DNA from: an uncultured Gammaproteobacteria bacterium
Lineage (GTDB): Bacteria > Pseudomonadota > Gammaproteobacteria > GCA-002705445 > GCA-002716945
Direction of reading: 5' to 3'
Length of the DNA: 64,000 bases
Assembly (NCBI GenBank): GCA_913048065.1
Contig: CAJWVG010000001.1
Coordinates: 11,225-75,224, forward strand
Of this stretch, positions 37,194-50,163 are shown piece after piece. The notes under the pieces were generated by a model. That model was not told the DNA's origin, did not search any database, and saw only the letters and a list, made by a program, of their open reading frames with translations. A program made the position numbers and the translations under genes. Every line of letters begins with the position of its first letter. The stretch's first letter is position 1.

Positions 37194-39043
37194 TAGTCAC
37201 TAATTTTTGATTTACTACTTGTATTATTATTTTTTTTATTATTTATATGATTTTTATTAGAGTAATTTTTTCTTTTATTGTAAGATTTATATTTATTATA
37301 CTTTGAATAGTGATTTCTACTGTTAAATCTTTTTCTTCCATTATAAGATTTATTCTTATAAGATTTTTTTGGCTTTAACCCAAATAATCTTTTAATTTTA
37401 TTTATTAAACTTTCAAAAATACCTATATTTTTCTTAAATGTCTTGTTTTTTCGTATAACAGGCTTTGGAGGTTGAGTATTTGGTGTAACATTACTAACCA
37501 AAGCTTCCTCATAGTGTGCGCTTGTTTCATTTAATGTTTTATTATTTTTTTGTATAGACTTATTATTCAAAGATGCTTTAAAGGCTTCTGCTGTCAAATT
37601 ATCTTTATCAATATGATAGTTTGCACCTTCGATTGTGTTATCTGGTACAACTTTAATTGATATTTTTTGTCTCTCTTCTATACCTTGAATTAACTCTCTT
37701 TTATCATTTAATAAATATGTTGCTAATCTCACTGGCAAATATACTGTCAATGGTTTATTTGTTTTCATTGCTTCTTCTTCAAGCATTCTTACTAAATTAA
37801 TTGATAAAGTTGATAATGATTTTATTTGGCCAGAACCTCCACAGGTAGGACATTGTTCACTGTTGTTATCTATTATTGATGACTTAAGTTTTTGTCGTGA
37901 TATCTCCATTAATCCAAATTTTGATATCCTAGTAAACTGGATTTTTGCCTTATCAAGCTTTGCTAATTCAGCCATTTTCTTCATAACTGATTTCTGAGAA
38001 TTTAATGACATCATATCGATAAAGTCCACAACAACCAATCCACCAATATCCCTTAATCTGAGTTGAGTAGACAAAGATATGGCCGCCTCTAGATTTGTAT
38101 TAAGAGCCGTTTCTTCAATATCTCCACCTTTTGTAGATTTTGCAGAATTAACATCAATACTCGTTAGAGCTTCTGTTGTATCAAAAACTATATTTCCTCC
38201 GGAAGGTAAAGTTACTTTTCTCCTATACACACTTTGCACCTGCGCTTCAATTCCAAAGTTGCTAAAAATAGGTACAGATTTTATATAATTTTCAATTTTG
38301 ATATTTGAGTGAGGTATAAAATGTTCTTTAGCATTTAAGAAATCATCATGAAATTTTTTATCATCAATAATTACCTCATCTATAGATTCGTCGATATAAT
38401 CTCTGACAACTCTTGCCAGCATACTGCTTTCTTCATATATAAGGAAAGGAGCTTTTTTTAATACTGAATTTTCTAATATTGATTCAAATATCTGAATCAG
38501 ATAATTCATATCCCATTCCAAGGTATCTTTTGTTGTGTCTAGGCCAGATGTTCTTAGAATAACACTCATACCTTCTGGAACATTTATGTCATTTAGCAGT
38601 TTTTTCGCAGCCAAACGATCATTGCCTTCCAATCTTCTGGAAACCCCACCTGTATTTGGGTTTCGAGGTAATAAAACCAAATATTTTCCTGCAAGACTTA
38701 AATATGTTGAAAGAGCAGCCCCTTTTGTGCCTCTTTCTTCCTTATCAATTTGAACTACAATTTCTTTCCCTTGTTCTATACAATCTCTTGCTGATTTAGA
38801 TTTACCTGCTGTAAAGATATCTGGTGATATTTCTTTGAATGGCAAGAAGCCATGTCGAGTCCTTCCAAAATTAACAAAGGCCGCTTCTAGACTAGGTTCT
38901 ACCCTAGATATTGTGCCCTTGTAAATATTTGATTTGATATTTTTTGATGGTAAATCTATGTCTAGTTCTATAAGCTTGTTGTTCTCGACAATAGCCAGCC
39001 GCAGCTCTTCTCGCTGAGAGGCATTTATTAGTATTTGTTTCAT
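37193..39043 (-). CDS. rne: ribonuclease E, short form with a Lys/Asn/Tyr-rich C-terminal tail
   Basis: RNase E/G catalytic domain including the Zn-link CPTCGGSG; 616 aa. Divergent from rluC as in E. coli. AGGA SD. Confidence 0.85.
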   Translation of the reverse strand: MKQILINASQREELRLAIVENNKLIELDIDLPSKNIKSNIYKGTISRVEPSLEAAFVNFGRTRHGFLPFKEISPDIFTAGKSKSARDCIEQGKEIVVQIDKEERGTKGAALSTYLSLAGKYLVLLPRNPNTGGVSRRLEGNDRLAAKKLLNDINVPEGMSVILRTSGLDTTKDTLEWDMNYLIQIFESILENSVLKKAPFLIYEESSMLARVVRDYIDESIDEVIIDDKKFHDDFLNAKEHFIPHSNIKIENYIKSVPIFSNFGIEAQVQSVYRRKVTLPSGGNIVFDTTEALTSIDVNSAKSTKGGDIEETALNTNLEAAISLSTQLRLRDIGGLVVVDFIDMMSLNSQKSVMKKMAELAKLDKAKIQFTRISKFGLMEISRQKLKSSIIDNNSEQCPTCGGSGQIKSLSTLSINLVRMLEEEAMKTNKPLTVYLPVRLATYLLNDKRELIQGIEERQKISIKVVPDNTIEGANYHIDKDNLTAEAFKASLNNKSIQKNNKTLNETSAHYEEALVSNVTPNTQPPKPVIRKNKTFKKNIGIFESLINKIKRLFGLKPKKSYKNKSYNGRKRFNSRNHYSKYNKYKSYNKRKNYSNKNHINNKKNNNTSSKSKISD

Positions 39044-39323
39044 TTGTAATCCTGTAATTCATTTCTCTATAACCATGATTTTTATTAATCTTATGAGGTA
39101 GCTATTATTTAAATATGTAAGCTTTATCACTCGTTATTTAATAGTAGTACTGTTTAATCTGTTTTTATTTACTTGTTTTTACTTAAAAACGACTATTTGC
39201 ATAATACAAATCAATTTATTTTATTTTTTTCAATACTTTAGCCATTTTTTGACTAAATATTTAAACAATACAAAAATCTTTGAATTAATATATCAATGAT
39301 TTAAACTATCTTCAAATACTATT

Positions 39324-40256
39324 GTGTCTATTTCTAATAAAATAACGGTTAAAAAAGTTAAAATTCCTTCGTCACAGGAAGGACAGAGGCTTGATAATTA
39401 CTTAAGAAAAGCTCTGTCCGGGGTTCCCAATAGTCTTATATATAAAATTATCAGAGATGGACAGGTCAGAGTAAATAGCGGCAGAGTAAAACCACTTTAT
39501 AGGTTGAAAAAAAATGATATCGTACGGATACCCCCGGTATCTGTGGATTCTAAGCCTGAAATCATGTCAAAATTTCTAATAAAAGATTTAAATAAGATAA
39601 TTCTACATGAAGATGATGATTTTCTGGTTATAAATAAACCAGCGGGAATAGCTGTTCATTCGGGATCGAAAATAAAGAATGATATCATTACATCTTTAAG
39701 ATCATTAGAAAAATATAAAAATATATCGCTTGTGCATAGGCTGGATAAAAATACGAGTGGTTGTTTAATATTAGCAAAGAATTATTATACTGCATCTGCG
39801 CTAGGAAAAATGTTTCAAGCCAGTAATATAGAAAAAAATTATTTATCATTATTAGCGGGTGCATTGCAAGGAGACAGGATTGCAATAGATCAATCTCTAA
39901 TCCGAAATAAAAATAATTATGATAACTCAGTCAGTATATCCGATAAAGGAAAAAAGGCTTTGTCATACATATCATTGATTAAACAATTTAAAGAATGTTG
40001 TTTAGTTGATATAAAAATTGAAACTGGCAGGATGCATCAAATTAGAGTCCACACAGCAAGCATAGGACAGCCGGTATGTGGAGATACTAAATATGGCAAC
40101 ATTCAAACTAATAAGCTATTTAGAAGCTATGGTTTAAAAAGAATGTTTTTACATTCTAAAAATATATCTTTCTATTTTAAAAAACAACATCATATAAATG
40201 CACCAACTCCAGAAGATTTGTCTCTTGTTATTGCTAATTTAAAAAATGAGTTATAA
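39324..40256 (+). CDS. rluC: 23S rRNA pseudouridine synthase (RluA family; RluC by synteny)
   Basis: S4 domain plus the HRLDKNTSG catalytic Asp motif. Divergent from rne. Confidence 0.85.
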   Translation: MSISNKITVKKVKIPSSQEGQRLDNYLRKALSGVPNSLIYKIIRDGQVRVNSGRVKPLYRLKKNDIVRIPPVSVDSKPEIMSKFLIKDLNKIILHEDDDFLVINKPAGIAVHSGSKIKNDIITSLRSLEKYKNISLVHRLDKNTSGCLILAKNYYTASALGKMFQASNIEKNYLSLLAGALQGDRIAIDQSLIRNKNNYDNSVSISDKGKKALSYISLIKQFKECCLVDIKIETGRMHQIRVHTASIGQPVCGDTKYGNIQTNKLFRSYGLKRMFLHSKNISFYFKKQHHINAPTPEDLSLVIANLKNEL

Positions 40257-40285
40257 GATGTTTCTTAGACTATAGGAGAATTGAT

Positions 40286-41191
40286 ATGGATGATAATAAG
40301 ATTACGCAAAATTTAGTAGAATCTTTGCTCAAGGATCGAAATTCTGAAAGGAGATATAGATTAATCTATAGAGCGGGATTTTTAATTTTATTTTTATTCA
40401 TTATTTTATTAATGTATTTATCATCATCTAATCAGAATAATTATGCCGAGTCTCATGTTGCTGTTATTGAGATAAATGGAATGATAGGGTCAGGCGGGCC
40501 AGTAAATGTTGAAAATATTATACCATTCGTAAAAAATGCATTTAATAATAAAACATGTAATGGAGTAATATTAAAAATTAATAGTCCTGGTGGTAGTGCA
40601 ACACAATCTAAAATAATTTTTGATGAAATTAATAAGCTTAAGTCAAAAAATGCTAAAAAAGTTTATTCCGTGATAGAAGATGTTGGCGCATCTGGTGGTT
40701 ATTATATTGCTGCCAGTGGAGATAGAATATTCTCTAGTACTTCTAGCATAGTAGGCTCTATAGGTGTAAGGTTAGATAGCTTTAACATTGGGCCATTAAT
40801 GAATAAACTTGGCATTAAATCACAGGTTATCTCTTCTGGCAAAGACAAGACAATTTTAGATCCATATAATAGTTTATCAGAAGAGCATAAAGCTCATCTG
40901 AAAAAACTATTATTTAATATCCATGACCAATTTATTAAAGACATTAAAAAATCACGTAGTTCAAAAATAGATGGTCAAAATGTATTTACAGGATTATTTT
41001 GGACAGGCGATGAAGCTACTAAAATTGGCTTAGTAGATGAGATTGCATCCATCTATGATGTCAATGAAAAATATTTTAATAATATTAATTTGATTACTTA
41101 CAATAATAAGAAGAATGTCTTAAAAGAACTACTAAATACTATACTAAACTATCCAGCAATAACATATGGTACAAATGGTATAACATATTGA
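40286..41191 (+). CDS. sppA: S49 family signal peptide peptidase (SppA 36K / SohB-like)
   Basis: N-terminal TM and GASGGYYIA, the S49 catalytic Ser motif. Confidence 0.8.
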   Translation: MDDNKITQNLVESLLKDRNSERRYRLIYRAGFLILFLFIILLMYLSSSNQNNYAESHVAVIEINGMIGSGGPVNVENIIPFVKNAFNNKTCNGVILKINSPGGSATQSKIIFDEINKLKSKNAKKVYSVIEDVGASGGYYIAASGDRIFSSTSSIVGSIGVRLDSFNIGPLMNKLGIKSQVISSGKDKTILDPYNSLSEEHKAHLKKLLFNIHDQFIKDIKKSRSSKIDGQNVFTGLFWTGDEATKIGLVDEIASIYDVNEKYFNNINLITYNNKKNVLKELLNTILNYPAITYGTNGITY

Positions 41192-41194
41192 GAT

Positions 41195-42103
41195 ATGAGT
41201 TATCAGTTATATTTTGAATCTATAAAAAAAAATCAGAATTGTCAGTCTTTTTCATTAATTTCTAGTTCTGGTTTAAGCAAAAAAAAACCCTTATCATTTG
41301 ATATTATTCGAGACATGAACACATATAAAAAGTCTTATGGGAAAACACTCATCATTGGTGGCGATGAAGGCTACTTAGGCGCCATAATTATATCAAGTAG
41401 ATCAGCATTATATTCTGGTTCAAGATATGTAGAAGCTTTTTCAACAAAAACTCATGCTAATATATTAGCTACTTATCAACCTGAATTAATAACTTCTTAC
41501 TCAGTTGAGAAACTATATAAAGTTATCAAGGATTTCCAAAATATTTTAATAGGCCCTGGTTTATCAGAAAATAAATGGTCAGTTGATATTTTCGAAAAGT
41601 TTAAAAAACATTTGCTCAGCAATAATATAGGACAGAATATAATAGCTGATGCCGGTTTTTTAAATATATTATCCAGTTATCCTTTTAAATTTGACAACTG
41701 GATTCTTACTCCACATATTGGTGAAGCAGCTAAACTTTTGAATACCAGCACAAAGAAAATTCAAGAAAATCGATTAGAAGCAGCTACAAGACTACAGAAA
41801 AAATTTGGTGGGGTCGTGGTTTTAAAGGGACCGGGTACAATTATCAAAGATAATCATGATGCTTATGTATGTTCTCATGGAAATCATGGAATGGGAACTG
41901 CTGGTATGGGGGATTGTCTAGCTGGCATAATATTATCCATGGTTAGTATGGTGGATAATAAAGATTATATTAAATCTATACTATATGCCGTTGGAGTACA
42001 TTCATTGTCAGGTGATTTAATAAAAAGTGAAAAAGGCACCATAGGATTACTCGCTAGTAATGTTATGCGAAAAGTTAATAAATTATTAAATAATAAAATA
42101 TAA
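41195..42103 (+). CDS. nnrD: ADP-dependent (S)-NAD(P)H-hydrate dehydratase (YjeF C-terminal domain only)
   Basis: Carbohydrate-kinase-like fold with GPGL, and a G-T-A-G-M-G-D (GDxLxG-type) C-terminal motif. Sits upstream of tsaE, in the position of yjeF. Confidence 0.8.
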   Translation: MSYQLYFESIKKNQNCQSFSLISSSGLSKKKPLSFDIIRDMNTYKKSYGKTLIIGGDEGYLGAIIISSRSALYSGSRYVEAFSTKTHANILATYQPELITSYSVEKLYKVIKDFQNILIGPGLSENKWSVDIFEKFKKHLLSNNIGQNIIADAGFLNILSSYPFKFDNWILTPHIGEAAKLLNTSTKKIQENRLEAATRLQKKFGGVVVLKGPGTIIKDNHDAYVCSHGNHGMGTAGMGDCLAGIILSMVSMVDNKDYIKSILYAVGVHSLSGDLIKSEKGTIGLLASNVMRKVNKLLNNKI

Positions 42104-42109
42104 CAATAT

Positions 42110-42553
42110 ATGTCAAAAAGAATATCATATAAGTATTTTTATTTTAAAAAAGAAAAATCTTTGCTTAAAGTATTTGATAACCTAAATATCAAAAAATATA
42201 ACAAAGCATTTTTATTTCTCAATGGTGAGGTAGGTTCTGGAAAAACAACATTCGTTAGACTATTTATGAACTATATGAATGCTGATGACCAAGTAACAAG
42301 TCCAACGTTTACTCTAGTCAATGAATATAAAGTGAATGGAAACAATATTTATCATTATGACTTATATCGATTGAAATCATCACGAGAGCTATTAGAAATT
42401 GGAATAGACCATTATATTGAACAAGATGGTTATCATTTTTTTGAATGGCCAGAAAAATTCCTTTCCAATCTACCAAAACCAGATATTGAGATTAACTTTA
42501 CTATCTTGGATAATTCTAGGCTTATTAAAGTTTCATCCTATTCTCATGAATAA
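42110..42553 (+). CDS. tsaE: tRNA threonylcarbamoyladenosine biosynthesis protein TsaE
   Basis: P-loop LNGEVGSGKTTFVR. Confidence 0.85.
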   Translation: MSKRISYKYFYFKKEKSLLKVFDNLNIKKYNKAFLFLNGEVGSGKTTFVRLFMNYMNADDQVTSPTFTLVNEYKVNGNNIYHYDLYRLKSSRELLEIGIDHYIEQDGYHFFEWPEKFLSNLPKPDIEINFTILDNSRLIKVSSYSHE

Positions 42554-43484
42554 TAGAATTCCAGTTATAGCGCTGCTCGGCCCAACTGCTATTGGAAAAT
42601 CTAAAATAGCCCTCGAACTGTATGATCAATACCCCATAGAGATTGTAAGTGTCGATTCTGCCATGATATATAAAGATATGGATATTGGTACAGATAAGCC
42701 TACGCATGATGTATTGGCATCAAAAAAACATCATTTGATAGATATAAGAAACCCAAATCAAAATTATAATGTGGGTGATTTTTATAGTGATGTTAATAAT
42801 GTAATCACAGAAATCCATTCTAATCGAAAAGTACCTCTATTGGTTGGTGGATCTATGATGTATTTTAATAGACTCTTTAAAGGTTTATCGCAAATCCCTG
42901 GAAGAAGTATTTCAGATCGTAAATTAATAAATCATCTTAATAATTTTTATACATCAACACAGTTACATGAATGTTTGAAACATTTTGATCAAAAATCCTA
43001 TAATAATATTAATAAAAATGACAAACAAAGGATAGAGCGTGCAATAGAAGTCTATATGTCTTCTGGTAAACCAATTACTTCTTTTTTCAATAAAACTAAT
43101 TTATTAGAAGTTAATTATAAATTTATAAATATTAAACTAACCATTAGTAGCAGAAAAGACATACATGAGAAAATATCGCATAGAGTCCAACAAATGTTTA
43201 AAAAGGGATTAATTGATGAAGTAATTTATGTTAGAGATAAGTATTCTCTTTCAAAAGATTCGCAATCAATGAAGTCTATAGGTTATAGACATGTTTTAGA
43301 GTACTTAGAAACGAAAGAAACTGTAAATGACTTACAAAATAAGTGTTTATTTGCTACCAGACAGTTAGCCAAGCGTCAGCATACATGGCTAAAGCAATTT
43401 ACTGATATTATTGATATTGATATTTCAACTAACAAAACTGACAAATTAAAACAGATTATAGACAACTATTTGCAATTTATATAA
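42546..43484 (+). CDS. miaA: tRNA dimethylallyltransferase
   Basis: P-loop GPTAIGKS. The start is set at the ATG overlapping the tsaE stop; the ORF-track start at 42417 is an extension. Confidence 0.9.
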   Translation: MNNRIPVIALLGPTAIGKSKIALELYDQYPIEIVSVDSAMIYKDMDIGTDKPTHDVLASKKHHLIDIRNPNQNYNVGDFYSDVNNVITEIHSNRKVPLLVGGSMMYFNRLFKGLSQIPGRSISDRKLINHLNNFYTSTQLHECLKHFDQKSYNNINKNDKQRIERAIEVYMSSGKPITSFFNKTNLLEVNYKFINIKLTISSRKDIHEKISHRVQQMFKKGLIDEVIYVRDKYSLSKDSQSMKSIGYRHVLEYLETKETVNDLQNKCLFATRQLAKRQHTWLKQFTDIIDIDISTNKTDKLKQIIDNYLQFI

Positions 43485-43536
43485 ATAGTGTCACTATAAG
43501 GAAGAGATTAAGCATTTTTGAATAAGAGAATTTATT

Positions 43537-43755
43537 ATGACTGAAATTCTTCAAGATAAATTTCTTAATAATTTAAGGAAAGAAAAAATTTCTGTAGCAA
43601 TATTCTTAGTTAATGGAATAAAGTTGGAAGGTATTGTCGAGGCTTTTGACCCGTATACAATATTACTAAAAAACAAAACCACACAATGTGTGTACAAACA
43701 TGCTATATCTACAATTGTACCAAGTAAGCCAACTAAATTAGAAATTGATGCTTAG
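43537..43755 (+). CDS. hfq: RNA chaperone Hfq
   Basis: Sm1/Sm2 motifs (LQDKFLN...[11 protein letters not shown]). 72 aa with almost no C-terminal tail. Confidence 0.95.
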   Translation: MTEILQDKFLNNLRKEKISVAIFLVNGIKLEGIVEAFDPYTILLKNKTTQCVYKHAISTIVPSKPTKLEIDA

Positions 43756-43792
43756 GAAAGATTGTATTATATTATAGTCACGGAGTAATTAT

Positions 43793-44923
43793 ATGGCATG
43801 GAATGAACCTGGCGGAAACAAGGATCCTTGGGGTCGGAAAACAAAAAACAACTCAGAAATTGATACTATTCTCAATGATATAAATAGTTTTTTTAAAAAT
43901 ATTTTAAGTGGTAATGGAGGAGGTCCTTCCACGACCCCAAATAAGAAGAATACCTCAATATTAGGGGCAATTATTGTAGTTGTTTATCTACTTTCTGGAA
44001 TTTATATCGTTAATGATGGTGAAAGAGGCGTAATTCTTCAATTCGGTAAATTCCATTCTATCACTACACCAGGACCACATTGGGTACCTAGAATAATTCA
44101 AAAAGCTGAAATTGTGGATGTCTCAAAAATTAGATCCGTCCAACAAAAAGCCGTTATGTTAACAGAAGATGAGAATATAGTTAGCGTTAATTTTGCTATT
44201 CAATATGATGTTAAAGATGCCAGTGACTTTATTTTTAATCTTAGAGACCCAGATGAAACATTAACAGCAGCTGGTGAAAGCGCAATCAGGGAAGTTTTGG
44301 GTAAAAATAAAATGGATTTTGTCATAACTGAAGGAAGAGAGTCCATAGCTGCATCTACTAAAGATTTATTACAAACTGTTTTAGATAGCTATAATTCAGG
44401 CATTAATGTTCAATCGGTCAATATCCTAGAGGCACAGCCGCCCGAGCAGGTTCAAGATGCTTTTTCCGATGCAATTCGTGCCCGAGAGGATGAACAAAGA
44501 TATATTAATGAGGCTGAGGCGTATAAAAATGAAATCATACCTCTTGCTCGCGGTAAGGCAAAACAGATTATTGAAGAAGCAAAAGCTTACAAGGTAAAAT
44601 TAGTCAAATCTGCTGAGGGTGAAGCAATAAGGTTCACACAACTTCTCACTGAATATCAAAAAGCTCCTGATGTTACGAGAGAGCGTCTTTACTTAGAGTC
44701 AGTTGAAGCTGTTCTCGGAAACACTACAAAAGTCATGATAGATATTGACGGTGGAAATAATTTGCTTTATTTACCGCTTGATAAAATTTTAGAACCAAGA
44801 ATGTCTAACAGTAATCGTGCATCAAACTTTGTTAATGACAGTGATAAAAACTCATTAGCAGATAAGATTAGAAATAATCGAGATAGCTTTAACAATAGAA
44901 AGAGAAACCTATACAATGAATAA
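43793..44923 (+). CDS. hflK: FtsH modulator HflK
   Basis: SPFH/band-7 domain and N-terminal TM. GGAG SD. Confidence 0.9.
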   Translation: MAWNEPGGNKDPWGRKTKNNSEIDTILNDINSFFKNILSGNGGGPSTTPNKKNTSILGAIIVVVYLLSGIYIVNDGERGVILQFGKFHSITTPGPHWVPRIIQKAEIVDVSKIRSVQQKAVMLTEDENIVSVNFAIQYDVKDASDFIFNLRDPDETLTAAGESAIREVLGKNKMDFVITEGRESIAASTKDLLQTVLDSYNSGINVQSVNILEAQPPEQVQDAFSDAIRAREDEQRYINEAEAYKNEIIPLARGKAKQIIEEAKAYKVKLVKSAEGEAIRFTQLLTEYQKAPDVTRERLYLESVEAVLGNTTKVMIDIDGGNNLLYLPLDKILEPRMSNSNRASNFVNDSDKNSLADKIRNNRDSFNNRKRNLYNE

Positions 44924-45782
44924 TAGAAATATATTAACAATTATCTTAGCGTTATTTATCGTCATAGTATCTTCTACATTTATTGTAGATGAAAGGGAAG
45001 TTGCAATAAAATTTAGATTGGGTGAAATAGTCAGAACATATCAAGAACCTGGTTTATATTTTATGATACCTTTTGTTAATAATATCAAAAAATATGACTC
45101 AAGATTACTCACAATGGATTCAAAACCGGAACAGTTTTTAACAAATGAAAAAAAGAATGTAATAGTTGATTCATTTGTTAAATGGAAAATTACTGGCCCG
45201 GAAAACTTCTATAGATCATCTAAAGGTGATGAGAGAATAGGAATTAATCGATTATCACAAATTATTAATGATTTGACGAAAAGTGAGTTTAGTAAAAGAA
45301 CAATTAATGAGGTTGTTTCTGGTGATAGAGTTGAATTAATGAATATTGTTAGAAGAGAAGCAAATCAAATATCTGAGGCTTTAGGGATTACGGTAGTAGA
45401 TGTTAGAGTAAAAAAAGTAGATCTTCCCGATGAGGTAAGTAACTCTGTATATGCTCGTATGGTAAAAGAAAGAGCAACTGTAGCAAAATCATTTAGATCT
45501 AAAGGTAAAGAGGAGGCTCAAGGAATATCAGCAACCGCTGAAAGGGAATCCGCAACTATAATAGCCGAAGCTTATAAGAAATCACAAGAAATTAAAGGTG
45601 AAGGGGATGCAATATCCACCGAAACTTATGCAAAAGCATATAACTTAAATCCTGAATTCTACTCTTTTTATAGAAGCTTAACAGCATATAAAGAGACTTT
45701 TGATGCAAAACAAGATGTGTTAGTTATTCAGCCAGATTCTGATTTTTTCAAGTATTTCAATAACTCATCAGGTAGGAACTAA
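44916..45782 (+). CDS. hflC: FtsH modulator HflC
   Basis: SPFH domain; overlaps the hflK stop. Confidence 0.9.
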   Translation: MNNRNILTIILALFIVIVSSTFIVDEREVAIKFRLGEIVRTYQEPGLYFMIPFVNNIKKYDSRLLTMDSKPEQFLTNEKKNVIVDSFVKWKITGPENFYRSSKGDERIGINRLSQIINDLTKSEFSKRTINEVVSGDRVELMNIVRREANQISEALGITVVDVRVKKVDLPDEVSNSVYARMVKERATVAKSFRSKGKEEAQGISATAERESATIIAEAYKKSQEIKGEGDAISTETYAKAYNLNPEFYSFYRSLTAYKETFDAKQDVLVIQPDSDFFKYFNNSSGRN

Positions 45783-45974
45783 TAGATCTCTGGCTGTTAG
45801 TCTTGCTTGCCATATCCTTATCTATAATTATAGAGGGAATGATTTTGTTTATTTCGCCTCGAGCATTTAGAAATCTTCTTTTATATTTTAACAATCTGAG
45901 CGATAATTCTTTGAGAATACTAGGGCTTATCTGTATGATATTGGGGTTAACTATATTTTTATTGGTTATTTAGC

Positions 45975-48237
<2,263 letters not shown>

Positions 48238-48240
48238 AAT

Positions 48241-48996
48241 ATGACACCTAAAAAAAACCCAATATATATTTATGGATTACACACATGTAATGCACAGTTA
48301 AAGCTAAATCCCACTAACATAAAAAATATTTATATTAAAAAACCACCTTTTAATAATCAAATCAAAAGTATAATTAATGAAATAAAAAAAAATAAATTAC
48401 AAATTTCTGAAGTTGATAAAGATTTTTTGACAACATTATGTTTATCTGCAAAACATCAAGGTATCATTTTTGAATTATCTGAAAATATCACATCTGGGTT
48501 CGACATTGATTTATTTTTACAAACAGAGCCGAATCCATTTATAGTGATACTGGATTCGATTCAGGATCCTCGAAACTTAGGTTCATGCATCAGATCTGCA
48601 AATGCCGCAGGTGTCTCTTTAATAGTTAAAAAAAAATCGAACTCATGTGAGATTTCACCGTTAGTCCATAAAGCCGCTTCAGGAGGTCTCCAGGGTCTTT
48701 CTCTCTTAGAAGTAAATAATCTTCCTAACGTAATCAAAAAATTTAAAAAGAATAACATAACAATACTAGGTACATCAGATAACGCTCCAATGAGTATCTA
48801 TGATTTGAAACCTATTGATTCTGGGGTTGCAGTTATAGTCGGCTCTGAAGGAGAAGGTGTAAGCCATTCGTTGTTACAACTTTGTGATGATACATGCAGG
48901 ATACCTATATATGGCTCTGTTGAGTGTCTTAATGTTGCTGTGGCAACTGGAATCATTCTATATCAGATACAGAAAAATATTAAAAAAATTAAATGA
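48241..48996 (+). CDS. rlmB: 23S rRNA (guanosine-2'-O-)-methyltransferase RlmB (SpoU family)
   Basis: SpoU/TrmH motifs with the C-terminal knot region. Confidence 0.8.
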   Translation: MTPKKNPIYIYGLHTCNAQLKLNPTNIKNIYIKKPPFNNQIKSIINEIKKNKLQISEVDKDFLTTLCLSAKHQGIIFELSENITSGFDIDLFLQTEPNPFIVILDSIQDPRNLGSCIRSANAAGVSLIVKKKSNSCEISPLVHKAASGGLQGLSLLEVNNLPNVIKKFKKNNITILGTSDNAPMSIYDLKPIDSGVAVIVGSEGEGVSHSLLQLCDDTCRIPIYGSVECLNVAVATGIILYQIQKNIKKIK

Positions 48997-49049
48997 TTAT
49001 TTGATATATTTTTGATACTAAAGTAGTATTCGCATATTGGACTAAAAGT

Positions 49050-49379
49050 ATGAAAAATTACGAATTATTATTAATGTTTAATGTCAATCAGGATGAGTCT
49101 ACTGAGCAGACTATAGCCAAGTATAAGGATATTGTATCTACTAAAGGCGGTACTGTTGATAGGTATGAAGACTGGGGAATAATGAAATTGGCATATAATA
49201 TCAACAAAATCAATAAAGCAAGGTATATACTGCTCAATTTTGAAGCTGATAACAATGTTTTAAAAGAACTATCTGAACTTATTAAATTCAATGATAATAT
49301 TTTGAGACATATGTTTATATCACAAGATAAAAAAATCACAGAACCCTCAATAATGATGCAAAATAAAGAGAGAGCATAA
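49050..49379 (+). CDS. rpsF: 30S ribosomal protein S6
   Basis: Aligns to S6 (YELLLMF...EDWG). Part of the rpsF-rpsR-rplI block. Confidence 0.9.
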   Translation: MKNYELLLMFNVNQDESTEQTIAKYKDIVSTKGGTVDRYEDWGIMKLAYNINKINKARYILLNFEADNNVLKELSELIKFNDNILRHMFISQDKKITEPSIMMQNKERA

Positions 49380-49382
49380 AAA

Positions 49383-49598
49383 ATGACAGAAGAATTAACA
49401 AAGAAAAAGTCAGATATGATCGATCAAATTGATTATAAAAATCTTGGTTTCTTGAAAAAATTTATATCAGAGTCCGGAAAAATCTCACCACGCAGAGTAG
49501 CTGGTACTTCTGCCAAGGAGCAAAGAAAAGTTAATAAAGCAATTAAAATTGCCAGACATTTAGCGTTATTGCCATTCTGTGATAATCATAAACAATAA
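49383..49598 (+). CDS. rpsR: 30S ribosomal protein S18
   Basis: [18 protein letters not shown]...RHLALLPF. Confidence 0.9.
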   Translation: MTEELTKKKSDMIDQIDYKNLGFLKKFISESGKISPRRVAGTSAKEQRKVNKAIKIARHLALLPFCDNHKQ

Positions 49599-50116
49599 TG
49601 GATATCTTACTTCTAAAAAATATTAAAAATCTTGGTGAAATTGGGAGTAAAGTCTCAGTCAAATCTGGTTATGCGCGTAACTATTTAATACCTAAGAATT
49701 ATGCAATGCTCCCGACAAAAGCAAATCTTGCTATCATAGATCAGCAAAAACAGGAATTACTTAAAAAAGAAGAGGAATTGCGAGCAGTAGCTATTTCTCA
49801 AAAAGAGAAATTTGATGGTTACATAATGAGTTTTGAAGTCAATGTCCAAGAAGAAGATGATAAGCTTTTCGGCTCAATAACACTCCAGAATATAATCGAT
49901 AAATTGCGAGAAGATGGTTTTGAGCTTGAGAAAAAACAAGTTAATCTTCCATCAGGACCAATAAAAAATTTTGGTGAAGACTATAGTATTAATATCGGTC
50001 TTCATGTTGATATAAATGTTACAGTTCCTATAAAGTTAGTCAAAAATTCTGCCCCCGCCCCTGTTTCAGTTGGTAGCGCTGTACTTGATACTACCAATTC
50101 ATCTACTTCTGAATAA
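49598..50116 (+). CDS. rplI: 50S ribosomal protein L9
   Basis: [32 protein letters not shown]. Confidence 0.9.
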   Translation: MDILLLKNIKNLGEIGSKVSVKSGYARNYLIPKNYAMLPTKANLAIIDQQKQELLKKEEELRAVAISQKEKFDGYIMSFEVNVQEEDDKLFGSITLQNIIDKLREDGFELEKKQVNLPSGPIKNFGEDYSINIGLHVDINVTVPIKLVKNSAPAPVSVGSAVLDTTNSSTSE

Positions 50117-50163
50117 AAGATAACACCCCTACAAAATCCATTGCTTTTCAGTTAAGATAAGTA

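Noticed and set aside
42417-42545. N-terminal extension of miaA overlapping tsaE
   Set aside because: The conserved MiaA N-terminus and P-loop begin at the ATG at 42546, which overlaps the tsaE stop.
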